From Planctomycetota bacterium (GTDB lineage: Bacteria > Planctomycetota > GCA-002687715 > CAIWVZ01), in contig JBGANV010000001.1 in NCBI GenBank assembly GCA_044222185.1, positions 1,664,001 through 1,728,000 on the forward strand: 64,000 bases of DNA. Direction: 5' to 3'. Position numbers and translations under genes: made by a program. Shown piece after piece: positions 37,709 to 48,372 of this stretch; positions within the stretch are counted from its first letter, which is position 1, and every line of letters starts with the position of its first letter. The notes below the pieces were generated by a model. The model was not told where the DNA came from, did no database searches, and saw nothing but the letters and a program-made list of their open reading frames with translations.

Positions 37709-38755
37709 TCACTGGAAGTCGATCATCAGCGTGAACTGTTCGGAGACGGACACCGTGTTCTGCTGCGGATTCGACAGCGCGATCAACCCGTAGAACGTCT
37801 GGACCGCCAGCTCGGGGAGGTTCAGCGGGATCGTGATCGTCGTACTGAGGATTCCGTTCGCGGGCACGACACCCGATTGGAGCACCACGTACGGGAGTCC
37901 GATCGGGTAGGAAACGCCGTCGATGATCGTCGGGCCGGGATTGAGCGAGGTGATGAAGCACCCGGACCACCCTGGAAGACCAGCCTGAACGACGGTGATC
38001 GTGCCGCCCGGCACCGGGTTGCCGACGACCCAGCCTGCGGGCGATCCACCGGCCGCGTTGCCGATGTAGCCGCCGGTGAGCTCGGCGCCGCCGCCCTGGA
38101 ACCGGAAGGCCGCGTTCACGTACTGCGCGCCGGTCGGGTTGACGGACAAGGAGTGGGAGAACGCCTGGGCCCCGAGGTTCGTCGACGTCGTGACGACTGC
38201 GAAGGTGAAGGTCACGGGCCCGATCACCGCTGCCGCGGGATTCCCGGGGAATACGTTGGCGTTGGCGTTGGCGATGCCTCCTCCCAATCCGTTCGGCGTG
38301 CGGATGCGGAAGCCGAATGCACCGAAGCACGGTGTCGTGATCGGATTCGGCGGCGTCGTCAGCGACGTGTCGTGCTCGAAGATGAAGTTCGGATTGGCCC
38401 CACCCGAGCCCGTCTGCGTGAGGAGCGCCATCTCATTGATCGCGAGCTGCGGCATGTTGCCGACGATCGTCGTGATCAGCGGATTCGGCACTCCCGGCGT
38501 CACCGGCGACGTGTTGGTCACGGTGAGCGTGAGCACGCTCGTCGAATGGTCATAGGCGAAATCGAGCGTGCCCGTCGCGGGCACGCCGCCGGGCAACGTC
38601 GGCGGGTTGCCGCCTTGGCATCCCGGAGCACCTGGACCACCGATCTGCAACGACGCCGTCGTTTGTGCGTTGATCGACGTGGCGAGGAGCACGGCGAAAC
38701 CGAGAGCAACGATGGACCCAGAAAACCGCTTCGTGAACTTCAAGCGTGGAAACAC
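37709..38755 (-). CDS. Secreted hypothetical protein with C-terminal beta-sandwich module
   Basis: GGAG RBS, signal peptide (INA-Q), Thr/Gly/Pro-rich beta composition. Confidence 0.75.
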   Translation of the reverse strand: MFPRLKFTKRFSGSIVALGFAVLLATSINAQTTASLQIGGPGAPGCQGGNPPTLPGGVPATGTLDFAYDHSTSVLTLTVTNTSPVTPGVPNPLITTIVGNMPQLAINEMALLTQTGSGGANPNFIFEHDTSLTTPPNPITTPCFGAFGFRIRTPNGLGGGIANANANVFPGNPAAAVIGPVTFTFAVVTTSTNLGAQAFSHSLSVNPTGAQYVNAAFRFQGGGAELTGGYIGNAAGGSPAGWVVGNPVPGGTITVVQAGLPGWSGCFITSLNPGPTIIDGVSYPIGLPYVVLQSGVVPANGILSTTITIPLNLPELAVQTFYGLIALSNPQQNTVSVSEQFTLMIDFQ

Positions 38756-38866
38756 CGAGGTGACTCCGTACGTGGGGGCGCGGACGCAAGCGAGGCGGTC
38801 CGCTCGACTCGGGCCGCTGCCGCAAAGGACGCCATCATAGGCGGCCTTCGGCGAGACGGCACGAAA

Positions 38867-41527
38867 TCACTGGTCGGATGCTTCGAGAAGTCGGACCGGA
38901 CGGCAACCCACGTTTCCTGTCCGGGTGCCGGCGGCATTGTTGCTCCTGAACGAGCACCGAGCGTTGACCGCGCGAAAACTGAAACTTCCGCCTCGAATGA
39001 CGTAGCCCTTCGACGACGCTTCATTGCGCAGACCGTCGCCCGCGCGCGGCTCCGCGTCGTAACCGCCCCACGCATCGCGGCACCACTCCCAAACGTTTCC
39101 GTGGACGTCGTGAAGGCCGAACGGGTTTGCGGAAAAGGAACCAACGGGCGCGTGTACGGTGTAGCCGTCGTCCCAGGCCTCGTAGGTCCAGTTCGGCAGT
39201 CCGCCGTGGTTCTTGCAGTAGTCGTCGGCCAGATTGGCAACCTGTTCGAGCTCGTCGGGCGAGTTGCCGCACCACCAACGCGTCGACGTCCCGCCGCGCG
39301 CGGCGTATTCCCACTGAGCCTCCGTCGGCAGGACGCCGCCGATTCGGGCGAGGGTCGCCATGCACTCATCCCAGCCGACCTGCTCGACAGGGTGCGCGAG
39401 GTCATGCTCCAGGTCGCCGATCTTCGAGCCCGGCCCGTACTGGCTCGGGCTCGCGCCGGTCAGCCGACCCCACTGGCCCTGAGTCATCTCCCACTTCGAG
39501 ATCAGGAACGGAGACACCGTCACTGCGTGAACAGGTCCCTCGTCAGCGCGCGCATCGCCGTCGAAGTTCGGCTTCTCGTCGTCGGTCGACTGAGCGCCCA
39601 TGTTGAACGTCCCGCCCGGAACGAGGACGAAAACCACGCCCGTCTCCTCGCCGCAACGTACGGATTCTCCGGCCTTGCGCTCAGGCGCGTCACCCGATTG
39701 GATGTCGACGAACTCCTGGAAGCCCGACTTCGGGTCCTTTCCGATCGGAACGAGCCCCATGAGCGGCGTCAACGCGAATCCCTTGAAGCGCGGGTCCGCC
39801 GCGACCGCGGCTATCGCCTCGGTCCATTTGGCGGCCGGGTCGGTGATGGATCGTTTCTCGATCGTGCGCGCTTCGTCGAGCCGCATCTCGACGTCGTGCA
39901 TGGTGACGACGCCCGGCTTCGGTTCGCCCTGGAATACGGAGAGCTTGCCGACGAGGTCGGCGAGTTTGTCCAGCTTGAGGCGATCCTCCGCGTCGTCCGC
40001 TGCGACGTTCGCGTGCGCGCGCAGGGCTTCGAGCGCCCGCTTGTGGTCAGGGAGGCGACCGCGGAGGTCGCGTGCCCGCGCCATCCACGTCTCGATCGCG
40101 CGCGTGCGATCGGGCCAGGCGGGCCACAACGTCGTGTCGGCCTCCTTGATGAGGTCCTCGAGGCGCCTCCCGTCGGCGAGGCGCGTCCAGTCGAGCAGGC
40201 TGGCCTCCGCACGGGCCGCATTTTCGTCAGCGCGCGCCTTCTGCTGCAACGTCGTCACGAGGCCGATCGTGAGCGAGAGGAACACGGCGCAAAGCGCCGC
40301 TGCGATGGCCGGATTGCGACGGCCCCAACGGACCAGCCGACCGAACGCCGACACGGGTCTGGCGAGGATCGGTTCGTGCAGGCGCACGCGCCGGAGCTCG
40401 TCGGCGAAGGCCTCGCAGGTCTGGTATCGGCGGTCAGGGTCCTTGTCGAGCGCGGTGAGGATCACGACGGACAGATCGGGCGGAATCGCCGGGTTCAACG
40501 TCCGCGGGTCCGGCGGATCCTTCTCCATGATCGCGTTGTAGAGGCGTTCTCGGGTCGGAGCATCGAACGGTCGTTCGAGCGTCGCCGCTTCGAAGAGCGA
40601 GATCCCGAGCGACCAGATGTCGGTGCGTCGGTCCAGTCGTTCCCGCCCGGCGGCCACCTGCTCGGGTGACATGTACGCCGGCGTGCCGAAGAGGTCCCCC
40701 GTCATCGTGAGGTTGGCAGACACGTCCTCGTCGTCGCGTGCGAGGCCAAAGTCGAAGACGACAGGCTGACCGTCTCGCGTGATCATGATGTTGCCGGGTT
40801 TGATGTCGCGATGGACGACGCCGGCTTCGTGCGCGACGTGGAGGGCACGCGCGCATTGCTCGAAGGCAACCAGCATGTCGGCGAGCTGGCGGTTGTCCAT
40901 CTGCGTCGCCGACCGCAGCTGGCCCTGCTTCCTCTCCTGCGCAGTCTTTGGCGCCGCGCTGCTCGTCGGCGAGCCTGCGACCTCCGCCGAAAGGCTCAGG
41001 TCGATGAACGTGACCGATGTGTCGTTCACCATCGCACCCCGAGTCTTGGCGATCCGCGCGGCGAGCGTCTCGCCCTCGACGAATCGCATGGCAATGAACG
41101 GCCGGGTTCCCTCGGTGCCGACGTCGAGCACGGCACAGATTCCCGGATGGTCCAGGCGCGATGTCACGGCCGCTTCGCGGCGGAATCGCTGAAGGTGCAT
41201 CTCGGAGGCCTGGGACGACAGCACCTTCAGCGCGACCTTGCGCTTCAGCCGCTCGTCCTCAGCCAGGTACACGACGCCCTGCCCGCCCTGGCCCAGTTCT
41301 CGGATGACGCGGTAGTGCCCGATGTATGACCCGGCAGTACCCGAGCTCGGCGTGCCACCACGACCGTTGCGCGCGGCGACGAAGTGGCGCGCGACGAATT
41401 CCTCCTCCTTCGGAAACAGATCCAGATACTCGCGGAGCGTGCGCGCGCGGCCGGAGTCCCGGTCCCGCTGGAACATCTCGAGGAAATTCCCCTCCTGTTC
41501 GTGAATGGTGGCGTCGTCGTGGGTCAT
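38867..41527 (-). CDS. Ser/Thr protein kinase fused to FGE-sulfatase (SUMF1) domain
   Basis: LGQGGQG, VALK, HRDIKPGN, DFG, GTPAYMSPEQ; TM segment; LPTEAQWEYAAR, NPFGLHDVHGNVWEW, RGGS. Alternative start 41554. Confidence 0.93.
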   Translation of the reverse strand: MTHDDATIHEQEGNFLEMFQRDRDSGRARTLREYLDLFPKEEEFVARHFVAARNGRGGTPSSGTAGSYIGHYRVIRELGQGGQGVVYLAEDERLKRKVALKVLSSQASEMHLQRFRREAAVTSRLDHPGICAVLDVGTEGTRPFIAMRFVEGETLAARIAKTRGAMVNDTSVTFIDLSLSAEVAGSPTSSAAPKTAQERKQGQLRSATQMDNRQLADMLVAFEQCARALHVAHEAGVVHRDIKPGNIMITRDGQPVVFDFGLARDDEDVSANLTMTGDLFGTPAYMSPEQVAAGRERLDRRTDIWSLGISLFEAATLERPFDAPTRERLYNAIMEKDPPDPRTLNPAIPPDLSVVILTALDKDPDRRYQTCEAFADELRRVRLHEPILARPVSAFGRLVRWGRRNPAIAAALCAVFLSLTIGLVTTLQQKARADENAARAEASLLDWTRLADGRRLEDLIKEADTTLWPAWPDRTRAIETWMARARDLRGRLPDHKRALEALRAHANVAADDAEDRLKLDKLADLVGKLSVFQGEPKPGVVTMHDVEMRLDEARTIEKRSITDPAAKWTEAIAAVAADPRFKGFALTPLMGLVPIGKDPKSGFQEFVDIQSGDAPERKAGESVRCGEETGVVFVLVPGGTFNMGAQSTDDEKPNFDGDARADEGPVHAVTVSPFLISKWEMTQGQWGRLTGASPSQYGPGSKIGDLEHDLAHPVEQVGWDECMATLARIGGVLPTEAQWEYAARGGTSTRWWCGNSPDELEQVANLADDYCKNHGGLPNWTYEAWDDGYTVHAPVGSFSANPFGLHDVHGNVWEWCRDAWGGYDAEPRAGDGLRNEASSKGYVIRGGSFSFRAVNARCSFRSNNAAGTRTGNVGCRPVRLLEASDQ

Positions 41528-41754
41528 GCGGTGCGCGGTCCGCCCGCGTCCCATGGCGATGGGGGCGCGGAGAGGCGGCGCATTGTATGCGTTTCTGCGG
41601 ATTCGACCTGTCGGAGGCGTGAGTGCTCAACCATCCGCGGATCTGCAGGTTTTACCGAGGCTCTCGGACGCGGCGTCGTGCGGTTGCCACCGATCGCGCC
41701 CCCGAATACTCTCCACCTTTCACGCCGCCTGCCGCGGCGAACCGAGGTCCATCC

Positions 41755-42993
41755 ATGAGACACATGAAGTCGCTCGTCGCGGTCGCGCTCGCCACCGCGG
41801 CCATCCAGGCACAGATCGTTCTGCCCTCAGGGTTCTTCGTCGCGTCGGTAACCTCCAACACCTCGATTGGTGTCCCCGGGGCGCTGGGCGGAATCGAGTT
41901 CAGCGCCAACGGCTCCGTGCTCTACGTCGGCGGCGCCGCGAACACCGGCTCCGGCGCGGTGTACGCCGTTCCAGTCACGCGCGATCCCCTCACGCTGCAC
42001 ATCACCGGGCTCGGGACCGCAACGACGTTCGCTTCGGCGCCGGGTATCGACGGCGGCCTCGCCTTCGGCCCCACCGGCACGCTCTTCTTCACGGGCTATC
42101 CCGCAAACGTCCTCGGGGAGATCGTCGGAACGACGACGACCACGTTCCCGCTTCCGCCGGCGACCGGGTCCGTGGGCGGACTCGCGTTCGTCCCGCCGGG
42201 ATTCCCGAACGCCGGTTCGCTGCTCGTCAGCTCGTACAACAACGGCGACATCTTCCGGATCCCGCTGACGGCGGGCGCGAACGGCACGTTCACGCCGGGT
42301 ACCGAAACGCTCGTCGCCGCGCTCCCGTCGGGGAGCGAAGGCTTCCGCGTGATCCCGAGCGGCGGCAATGCCGGAGACATCATCATCACGAACTACGGCG
42401 TGGGGACGGTGGCGATCATCGACATGGATCCGTCGACCGGTCTACCGGTCGGTGGCGTTCAGACCCCCTCGATCTCGACGTTTGCGACGGGCATCGGCGG
42501 CGCTGAAGGCTTCGCGTTCGACCCGCTCACGAACGACCTCCTGATCTCGACGTTCAACGGTTCCCCGTCGAACTCGATCATCAGGATCGGTGGATTTCCT
42601 GCCCCACCGTTCCCCATGACGATCAGCAACGGCACGATCTCGGCCGCGACGGGCGGAGTCCGTACGCTGAACTTCAACGCCGGCACCTCCAACGCGAACC
42701 GCGGCTATGGAATCTTCGGCGGGACGTCCGGCTCGACGCCCGGCATCACGGTGAACTTCGTCAACTTCCCGCTGAACTACGACAGCTTCACGGACCTCAT
42801 CTTCCCGTTCTATGGGACTTCGCTGTTCTCCAACTTCACCGGCATCAGCTCGGCGACGGGGACCGGCGTGGCGACGATGAACATCCCGCCGATTCCGCCG
42901 GTCGCGATCGGCGTCAACATCACGTTCGCCTGCGCGCTGATCCCGCCGTTCACGGCCGCATCGAACGCCGTCACCCTGCACATCTCGCCCTGA
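41755..42993 (+). CDS. Secreted beta-propeller protein with C-terminal beta-sandwich module
   Basis: GAGG RBS, signal peptide (IQA-Q), repeated GGLAF.P.G.L blades. Confidence 0.75.
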   Translation: MRHMKSLVAVALATAAIQAQIVLPSGFFVASVTSNTSIGVPGALGGIEFSANGSVLYVGGAANTGSGAVYAVPVTRDPLTLHITGLGTATTFASAPGIDGGLAFGPTGTLFFTGYPANVLGEIVGTTTTTFPLPPATGSVGGLAFVPPGFPNAGSLLVSSYNNGDIFRIPLTAGANGTFTPGTETLVAALPSGSEGFRVIPSGGNAGDIIITNYGVGTVAIIDMDPSTGLPVGGVQTPSISTFATGIGGAEGFAFDPLTNDLLISTFNGSPSNSIIRIGGFPAPPFPMTISNGTISAATGGVRTLNFNAGTSNANRGYGIFGGTSGSTPGITVNFVNFPLNYDSFTDLIFPFYGTSLFSNFTGISSATGTGVATMNIPPIPPVAIGVNITFACALIPPFTAASNAVTLHISP

Positions 42994-42998
42994 CCCGG

Positions 42999-44768
42999 TC
43001 AGCGTTCGAAGGCCCCGATGTCCACGGGGCCTACGGGGCGGGGGGCGTTTCCGAAGTCCGTCGCGACCCCGTACTCGATCCCCGCGTCCCGGCCCGCCGA
43101 GCCGGGCGCGAGCGACCAATCTCCCGTCGACGCCGACGTGAACGACGGTTGCGCATGAAATGAATGCGCGTCGTACCCCAGTGCCTGCCACTGGGTGAGC
43201 GAATAGGCCGTGAACACCGCGTCGTCGCGGACGACGACCGGCCAGTTGTCCACGCTCCACACCACGTTCGCGTCGCTCACGAGTCCGGGTAGCGAGTCGG
43301 GAACCCATGCGAAGGCCCCGCGGCGCCCTCCGACCAGGACGTTGTTGCGCAGGACGTTCCCGGTGCTCCCGTTCAACATGGTCACGCAGTAACGCCCCTT
43401 CCCCGATGCGTAGACGATCGTGTTGTGTTCGATGAGGTTGTTCTTGCAGCCCCACACGGCGCCGGCCGCGTCGTCCCACATCGCAATGCCCGACGAGTTC
43501 AGGTAGAGGCCGTTGGTGATCACGTTGTTGCGGATCACCGACTCGCGGACCGAGGCCAGGTTGATCGCCGCCCCGCCCGCGTTCCCGTTGTTCGTGCACA
43601 GATTCCGCTCGACGAGGCAGTGCCGGCTGATTCCATCCGGAACGTACCCGCCGATCGGCGTGAGGAACGCGGGGTCCGCGTTGATCTGGATTCCGCTCGC
43701 GTTGTTGTCGTGACACCAATTGCCGGCGATCACGGCGCGGTCACCAGAGTTCGAGTGGTAGATGCCGTGCTCCGACACCGAACCAAAGCACTCGTTGCCA
43801 AGGAGAGCGAGGTCGTCGGCGTAGTCGGTGAAGATGCCCCACAACGGGTGGTTGCCGAGGACGCAGCCCTGGATGGTCACGTGGCTCGACAGCGAGACGC
43901 GAACCCCCGCTCGGTTCGACGCGAACGCCCTCAGTCCGTGGATCGTCACCCACGACGAGTTGCCGATGAACAGGGAATTCCGGTTGCTGTTGTTCGTCGT
44001 GCCGGCGCCGACGACGACCGCGTTTCCACCGCTCGCCCGGAAGATGACGGGGTTCGCCTGCGTTCCGATCACCGTGTCGATCATCACCGGCCCCGCGTAG
44101 GTGCCGTTCGCGATCTCGACGATCGCGCCGGCTCCCACGTGCGTCGCGGCCCAGGAGATCTGACGCCACGCCGTCTGAGGCGTCAGACCATCGTTGGCGT
44201 CACTGCCCTGCGGGGACACGTAGCGAGTCGCGCTGCCGACCGGGGGCGGCGGAACGAACGGCGCCGAGCTTCCCGCGGGAAGCGCCGCATCGGCTGAGAC
44301 GAGCGTGACGTGCGTGGAGTTGCCGATCAGACCGATCCCGAACGGGGATGCGGGGGCCAACGTGACGAAGCACCCGTCGATGGAGGCGGCGATCAACGAC
44401 GGGACGAGCGGGATGTGCAGACGTGCCGTTGCGTCACCCGCTGAGTCAGTCACACCGTCGAAGTTCTGACATACGCTCGCGTAGGCCGCGGACCCGCCCA
44501 GGATGCCGTGGAACACCAGCGGAACGTTGATGGGGACGACGGGTCCGAGCGGGCCCAGCGCGACACCGGGCGACGAGCCCGTCGTGGACACGTCGAAGAA
44601 GTATGGGACGCCGGCCTGCCCCGAACGGATGCGGAACGGCACGACCGAACCGATTGCCGCTGCGGGAGGAGCCCAGAGCGTGCCGGGTGTCCCCTGGCCG
44701 AACGCCACGGTGACCAACAGACCGAAAGCCGCCACCAGAAACCATCGCCGGACGTGAGGCATGAGCAT
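42999..44768 (-). CDS. Secreted right-handed parallel beta-helix protein (pectate-lyase-like fold) with N-terminal beta-sandwich module
   Basis: Signal peptide; YVSP.GSD.NDG..P..AW; GTY; EHGIY.SN; repeated N-ladder strands; D.GAFE terminus. Confidence 0.8.
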   Translation of the reverse strand: MLMPHVRRWFLVAAFGLLVTVAFGQGTPGTLWAPPAAAIGSVVPFRIRSGQAGVPYFFDVSTTGSSPGVALGPLGPVVPINVPLVFHGILGGSAAYASVCQNFDGVTDSAGDATARLHIPLVPSLIAASIDGCFVTLAPASPFGIGLIGNSTHVTLVSADAALPAGSSAPFVPPPPVGSATRYVSPQGSDANDGLTPQTAWRQISWAATHVGAGAIVEIANGTYAGPVMIDTVIGTQANPVIFRASGGNAVVVGAGTTNNSNRNSLFIGNSSWVTIHGLRAFASNRAGVRVSLSSHVTIQGCVLGNHPLWGIFTDYADDLALLGNECFGSVSEHGIYHSNSGDRAVIAGNWCHDNNASGIQINADPAFLTPIGGYVPDGISRHCLVERNLCTNNGNAGGAAINLASVRESVIRNNVITNGLYLNSSGIAMWDDAAGAVWGCKNNLIEHNTIVYASGKGRYCVTMLNGSTGNVLRNNVLVGGRRGAFAWVPDSLPGLVSDANVVWSVDNWPVVVRDDAVFTAYSLTQWQALGYDAHSFHAQPSFTSASTGDWSLAPGSAGRDAGIEYGVATDFGNAPRPVGPVDIGAFER

Positions 44769-44948
44769 CGCGCTCCGATGTCCCCGTCGACGCGGCAGCC
44801 GGGGGCGCGATATGCCGCGCGTCGGTGGGACGCGGACAGTGTAAGTCCCGAGGAGCGCCACCGCGACGTTCGAAGTCCGCCGTCGCTCGACCGGGACTCG
44901 CATCGCAGCACCGTCAGTGCGATGATGCTCGCTCCCCAGGACGTATCG

Positions 44949-45926
44949 ATGAAGATCGTCATCCCCGGCGGCTCAGGTCAACTCGGGACTCTGGTCGCGC
45001 GGACCTTTCGGGGCGACGGACACGATGTCGTCGTCATCGCGCGTACGCAGCAACAGCGGCCGTGGCGCACGATTGCGTGGGACGGGTGCAGCCTCGGTCC
45101 ATGGGCGGCGGAATTCGACGGCGCCGATGTCGTGATCAACCTCGCGGGCCGCTCGGTGAACTGCCGCTACACGGCGGAGAACCGCGCCGAGATCATGCGG
45201 TCGCGAATCCAGTCGACTGCAGTCGTGGGCGAGGCGATCGCGGCGGCGCGCCGCCCCCCGCCACTCTGGCTGCAGGCGAGCACGGCCACCATCTATGCCC
45301 ACACGTTCACGACGCCGAACGATGAAACCACGGGTACGATCGGCGGAACGGAGTTGAACACGCCTGCGTCGTGGCGGTTCAGCATCGACGTGGCGACCGC
45401 GTGGGAGCGAACTCTGGACGAGGCCCGGACTCCGGCGACGCGCAAGGTCGCGATGCGGTCAGCCATGGTGATGACACCCGATGCGGGCGGGATCTTCGAT
45501 ACGCTGAAGCGACTGGCGCGTTTCGGCCTGGGCGGCAGCGCCGCCGGTGGCCATCAGTACGTCTCCTGGATCCACGGCGAGGACTTCACCCGCAGCCTTT
45601 ACTGGATCATGCGCCACGAAGCGCTCGATGGTCCAATCAACCTCGCGGCACCGGAGCCGATCCCCTACTCGGCGTTCATGGCCGCGCTTCGGCATGCGGT
45701 CGGCGCACGCGTGGCCTTGCCGGCGACGCGGTGGATGGTCGAGATCGGCGCGTTCGCCCTGCGGACCGAGTCAGAGTTGGTCCTGAAGAGTCGGCGTGTC
45801 GTCCCAGGCAGGTTGTTGGAATCGGGGTTCGCGTTTCATTTCCCGTGCTGGCCGGATGCGGTGAGCGACCTCTGCGCGAATCGCGCGTCCGATCCACGCC
45901 CGACGACCGGGTCCACGCCAAAATGA
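44949..45926 (+). CDS. TIGR01777 family NAD(P)-binding oxidoreductase (DUF1731 C-terminus)
   Basis: MKIVIPGGSGQLG, VINLAGRSVNCRY, SWIH.ED, SRRVVP.RL...GF.F.FP. Confidence 0.9.
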   Translation: MKIVIPGGSGQLGTLVARTFRGDGHDVVVIARTQQQRPWRTIAWDGCSLGPWAAEFDGADVVINLAGRSVNCRYTAENRAEIMRSRIQSTAVVGEAIAAARRPPPLWLQASTATIYAHTFTTPNDETTGTIGGTELNTPASWRFSIDVATAWERTLDEARTPATRKVAMRSAMVMTPDAGGIFDTLKRLARFGLGGSAAGGHQYVSWIHGEDFTRSLYWIMRHEALDGPINLAAPEPIPYSAFMAALRHAVGARVALPATRWMVEIGAFALRTESELVLKSRRVVPGRLLESGFAFHFPCWPDAVSDLCANRASDPRPTTGSTPK

Positions 45927-45963
45927 AACGAGCCCGGCCCGCACGCATGCGGTACCGGGCTCG
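45920..45963 (-). terminator. Rho-independent terminator for 46018..47052
   Basis: CGAGCCCGG...CCGGGCTCG stem with inner CCGCA/TGCGG, followed on the minus strand by TTTCATTTT. Confidence 0.65.
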
Positions 45964-46017
45964 CTCTTCGCGCGGCCTCACGACGTGACGGTCACGCCGC
46001 GAGTCCGAGCGCCATCA

Positions 46018-47052
46018 TCACGGAATGGTGTAGCTCGTCGCCGGCGAGTGGTTCGCCGGGACGGGGGAGCCGGCCGGGATGTGGTACGCGAGAGCGTAGA
46101 ACGTGAGGCTCGACGGGAGCCCGGTGAACGGTCCGAGCGCGAACGAGCCCGAGCCATCGAGCGGTCCCTGGAACGGGAACGTGCCGATCTCGCTGAGGAG
46201 TTCCGGGAACGTGATGTCGATCCCGTTCAGCCAGCCGTTCGGGAACGCGCCCGCGTTGAACGTGAGCGGCATGAAGTACTGACCGAACGGCGAACCGCCA
46301 CAGATGTTCATCTGGAGCGAGCCCGCGCCGAGCGGCGAGCTGAAGACGAGCGTGAACGGAGCCGCCTTCGTGAACGTGAGGACGGTGCCGTCCGGGATCG
46401 AGGCGGCCGTGTTGAAGCTGTACTGGGCGTTGTTCGTCGTCGCCGCGCCATCGATGTAACCAACGGTCGCGCTGGCGCCGTTGTCGTTCGCAGCCTGGGC
46501 GCCACCGAACGTGGCGTCCGGGTAGAGGACCTGGATCAGCGACGGGCTGCAGCCACCGCCCTGGAAGATCTGGACCTGGAACGTGATGCCGGGGCCGCCA
46601 GCGGCCGACGACGTCGCGAAGTGTCCGATGTTCTGGTACTGGATGTACAGAACACCGCTGATCTCCTGCCAGTAGATCGTCGCGTTCGGCGCGCCGACGG
46701 CGTAGAGATCATCCCAGAACGGGCAGAGGGCCTTCTCGCCAGCGGCGTAGCCGACGAGCGTGCCGGTGGACGTCCCGGTGATCGCGGAGTTGCCGAAGGT
46801 CGACGTGGTCCCAGCGGCTGCGACGATGTAGCCGTTGCTCGTGATCGTCACGGGACCGGCCGGGAACATGTCGTTCCCGACGGTCGTCGTGATTCCGTGA
46901 GCCGTGTCGTCGCCAGCGCCAGCGATCGCGGTACCGGTCGTGGAAATGTCGACGAACGAGCCGGGCAGTGCGTTCGTGATTGCAACCTGAGCGCTCGCGA
47001 CCGTCGCGAAGACACAGGCCGCGACAACGCTGAGTGACCTCGATGAGAGCAT
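46018..47052 (-). CDS. Secreted NIDO-like domain protein with C-terminal beta-sandwich module
   Basis: GGAG RBS, signal peptide (ASA-Q), GDD...SNGY...PFWDDL...TFQVQ...GASATVG motif; strongly biased codons. Confidence 0.8.
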   Translation of the reverse strand: MLSSRSLSVVAACVFATVASAQVAITNALPGSFVDISTTGTAIAGAGDDTAHGITTTVGNDMFPAGPVTITSNGYIVAAAGTTSTFGNSAITGTSTGTLVGYAAGEKALCPFWDDLYAVGAPNATIYWQEISGVLYIQYQNIGHFATSSAAGGPGITFQVQIFQGGGCSPSLIQVLYPDATFGGAQAANDNGASATVGYIDGAATTNNAQYSFNTAASIPDGTVLTFTKAAPFTLVFSSPLGAGSLQMNICGGSPFGQYFMPLTFNAGAFPNGWLNGIDITFPELLSEIGTFPFQGPLDGSGSFALGPFTGLPSSLTFYALAYHIPAGSPVPANHSPATSYTIP

Positions 47053-47271
47053 TGACTAACTCCAGTGACGATGTGGATTGGGAAGGCGGGCTGTTCGAGC
47101 CCGTACCGCGAGCGAAGTAGGGTCTCTCGACCCTGTGCGACACTTCGAACCGGCGCCGCGAAGGATACACGACCGTACCCCACGAAGCGAAGCGCCTTTT
47201 TTTTCTGCCAGGGCCCGGGCCCCTCCGGGCGTGCCTGACGCCTCACGGCGGCGATTGACGCCGCGACAATC

Positions 47272-48372
47272 TCAGTGCACGTACGCGAGATACGCACGGC
47301 TCAGCAGGCGGACGGACGGGCCGCTCGATCCGACCGGCGCGTCCTCCGCATAACCCTGCAAGACGATCCCAAGCCCGCAAAGCGCCGCCGTCGGCACGAT
47401 TACGCTGAACGTGGGCCCGGCGGCAGGTGCCGGCGCGGACGATGGAGTCAATGCGCCGATGGAAAGGACGCCGAAGGCATCCGTGGGATCGATCAGAAGC
47501 GCGCCGCCGATCCCCGGCACGTTCAACAGCTGGTTGTGCCGCAGCGCCTGGGTGATGAACACGTGGAACCCGCCGGAGAACACGGCCGGGTTTGCACGGA
47601 TCCGCAGGTTCGTTGGCGTCGCGGCGCCGATCAGGAACGTGTCGGTGGCAGGGACCGTCAGGTTCTCGACCCAGGCGTCGACGGTTCCGGCGCCGGGGAC
47701 CTGGAACATCGCGCCCCAGGTGATGCAGTCGATACAGGCGTGGCTGTTCACGAGGTTGTTGCCGCCATTCCAGCAGGCAAGGCTCAGATACGCGCCGCCG
47801 GAAGAAACGATCGCGCTCAACTCGGTCGACGTGAACAGGTGTGTCACGGTGTCGACGCCCGGCGCCCCGGTCTCGCGGCCCCCGCTGACGACGTCGATGC
47901 ATGAGTTGTATGCGGAGAAGACGTCCCGATGGACGAGTGCCGCGATGGCCAGGTCGTTGGAGTTGCCGCAAATCGCCGCTGCGAATCCGTCGTTGAAGCC
48001 GCCGGCTGCTGGCCCCTGCGCGTTGAAGAACTCGAAGGCGAACGAAACGGACGGCGCGCCCGGAGGGACGGGCACGCGAATCTCTGCGACGTTCAGGGGG
48101 ATTGGCCTGGCGACGGGTCCCCCGGCGGCGACGCTCATGGGCCCGGATGCCTGGATGCGCGCGTACTGGGCACCGGCCACCGGGAATCCGCACGTGACCG
48201 TGGCGTCGACTCGCGTGCCGACGTTGCCCGAGAGGAGAGTGGCGTTGGACTGGGCGTTCTCGCAGTCGTTGCAGCACTGCGTCGGAAACGGTCCGATCGG
48301 CTGACACTCGAACCCCTGCGCCGCCGCCCACGTGGCGGTGACGACGAACAACGGCCATGTGAGACTTCGCAT
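47272..48372 (-). CDS. Secreted Cys-rich hypothetical protein
   Basis: GGAAGG RBS, signal peptide (AAA-Q). FAFEFFNAQ...FNDGF segment resembles the choice-of-anchor L core; C-terminal module present. Confidence 0.7.
   Translation of the reverse strand: MRSLTWPLFVVTATWAAAQGFECQPIGPFPTQCCNDCENAQSNATLLSGNVGTRVDATVTCGFPVAGAQYARIQASGPMSVAAGGPVARPIPLNVAEIRVPVPPGAPSVSFAFEFFNAQGPAAGGFNDGFAAAICGNSNDLAIAALVHRDVFSAYNSCIDVVSGGRETGAPGVDTVTHLFTSTELSAIVSSGGAYLSLACWNGGNNLVNSHACIDCITWGAMFQVPGAGTVDAWVENLTVPATDTFLIGAATPTNLRIRANPAVFSGGFHVFITQALRHNQLLNVPGIGGALLIDPTDAFGVLSIGALTPSSAPAPAAGPTFSVIVPTAALCGLGIVLQGYAEDAPVGSSGPSVRLLSRAYLAYVH

Noticed and set aside
33886-37760. RiPP precursor peptide for the radical SAM-hydroxylase fusion
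   Set aside because: No short ORF with an RBS or leader/core structure in the adjacent intergenic gaps; no peptidase or exporter is clearly linked.
37877-40669. 930-aa plus-strand ORF, and similar long ORFs such as 34400..36514, 8985..10820 and 12069..13538
   Set aside because: Shadow frames overlapping genes that have clear family motifs.
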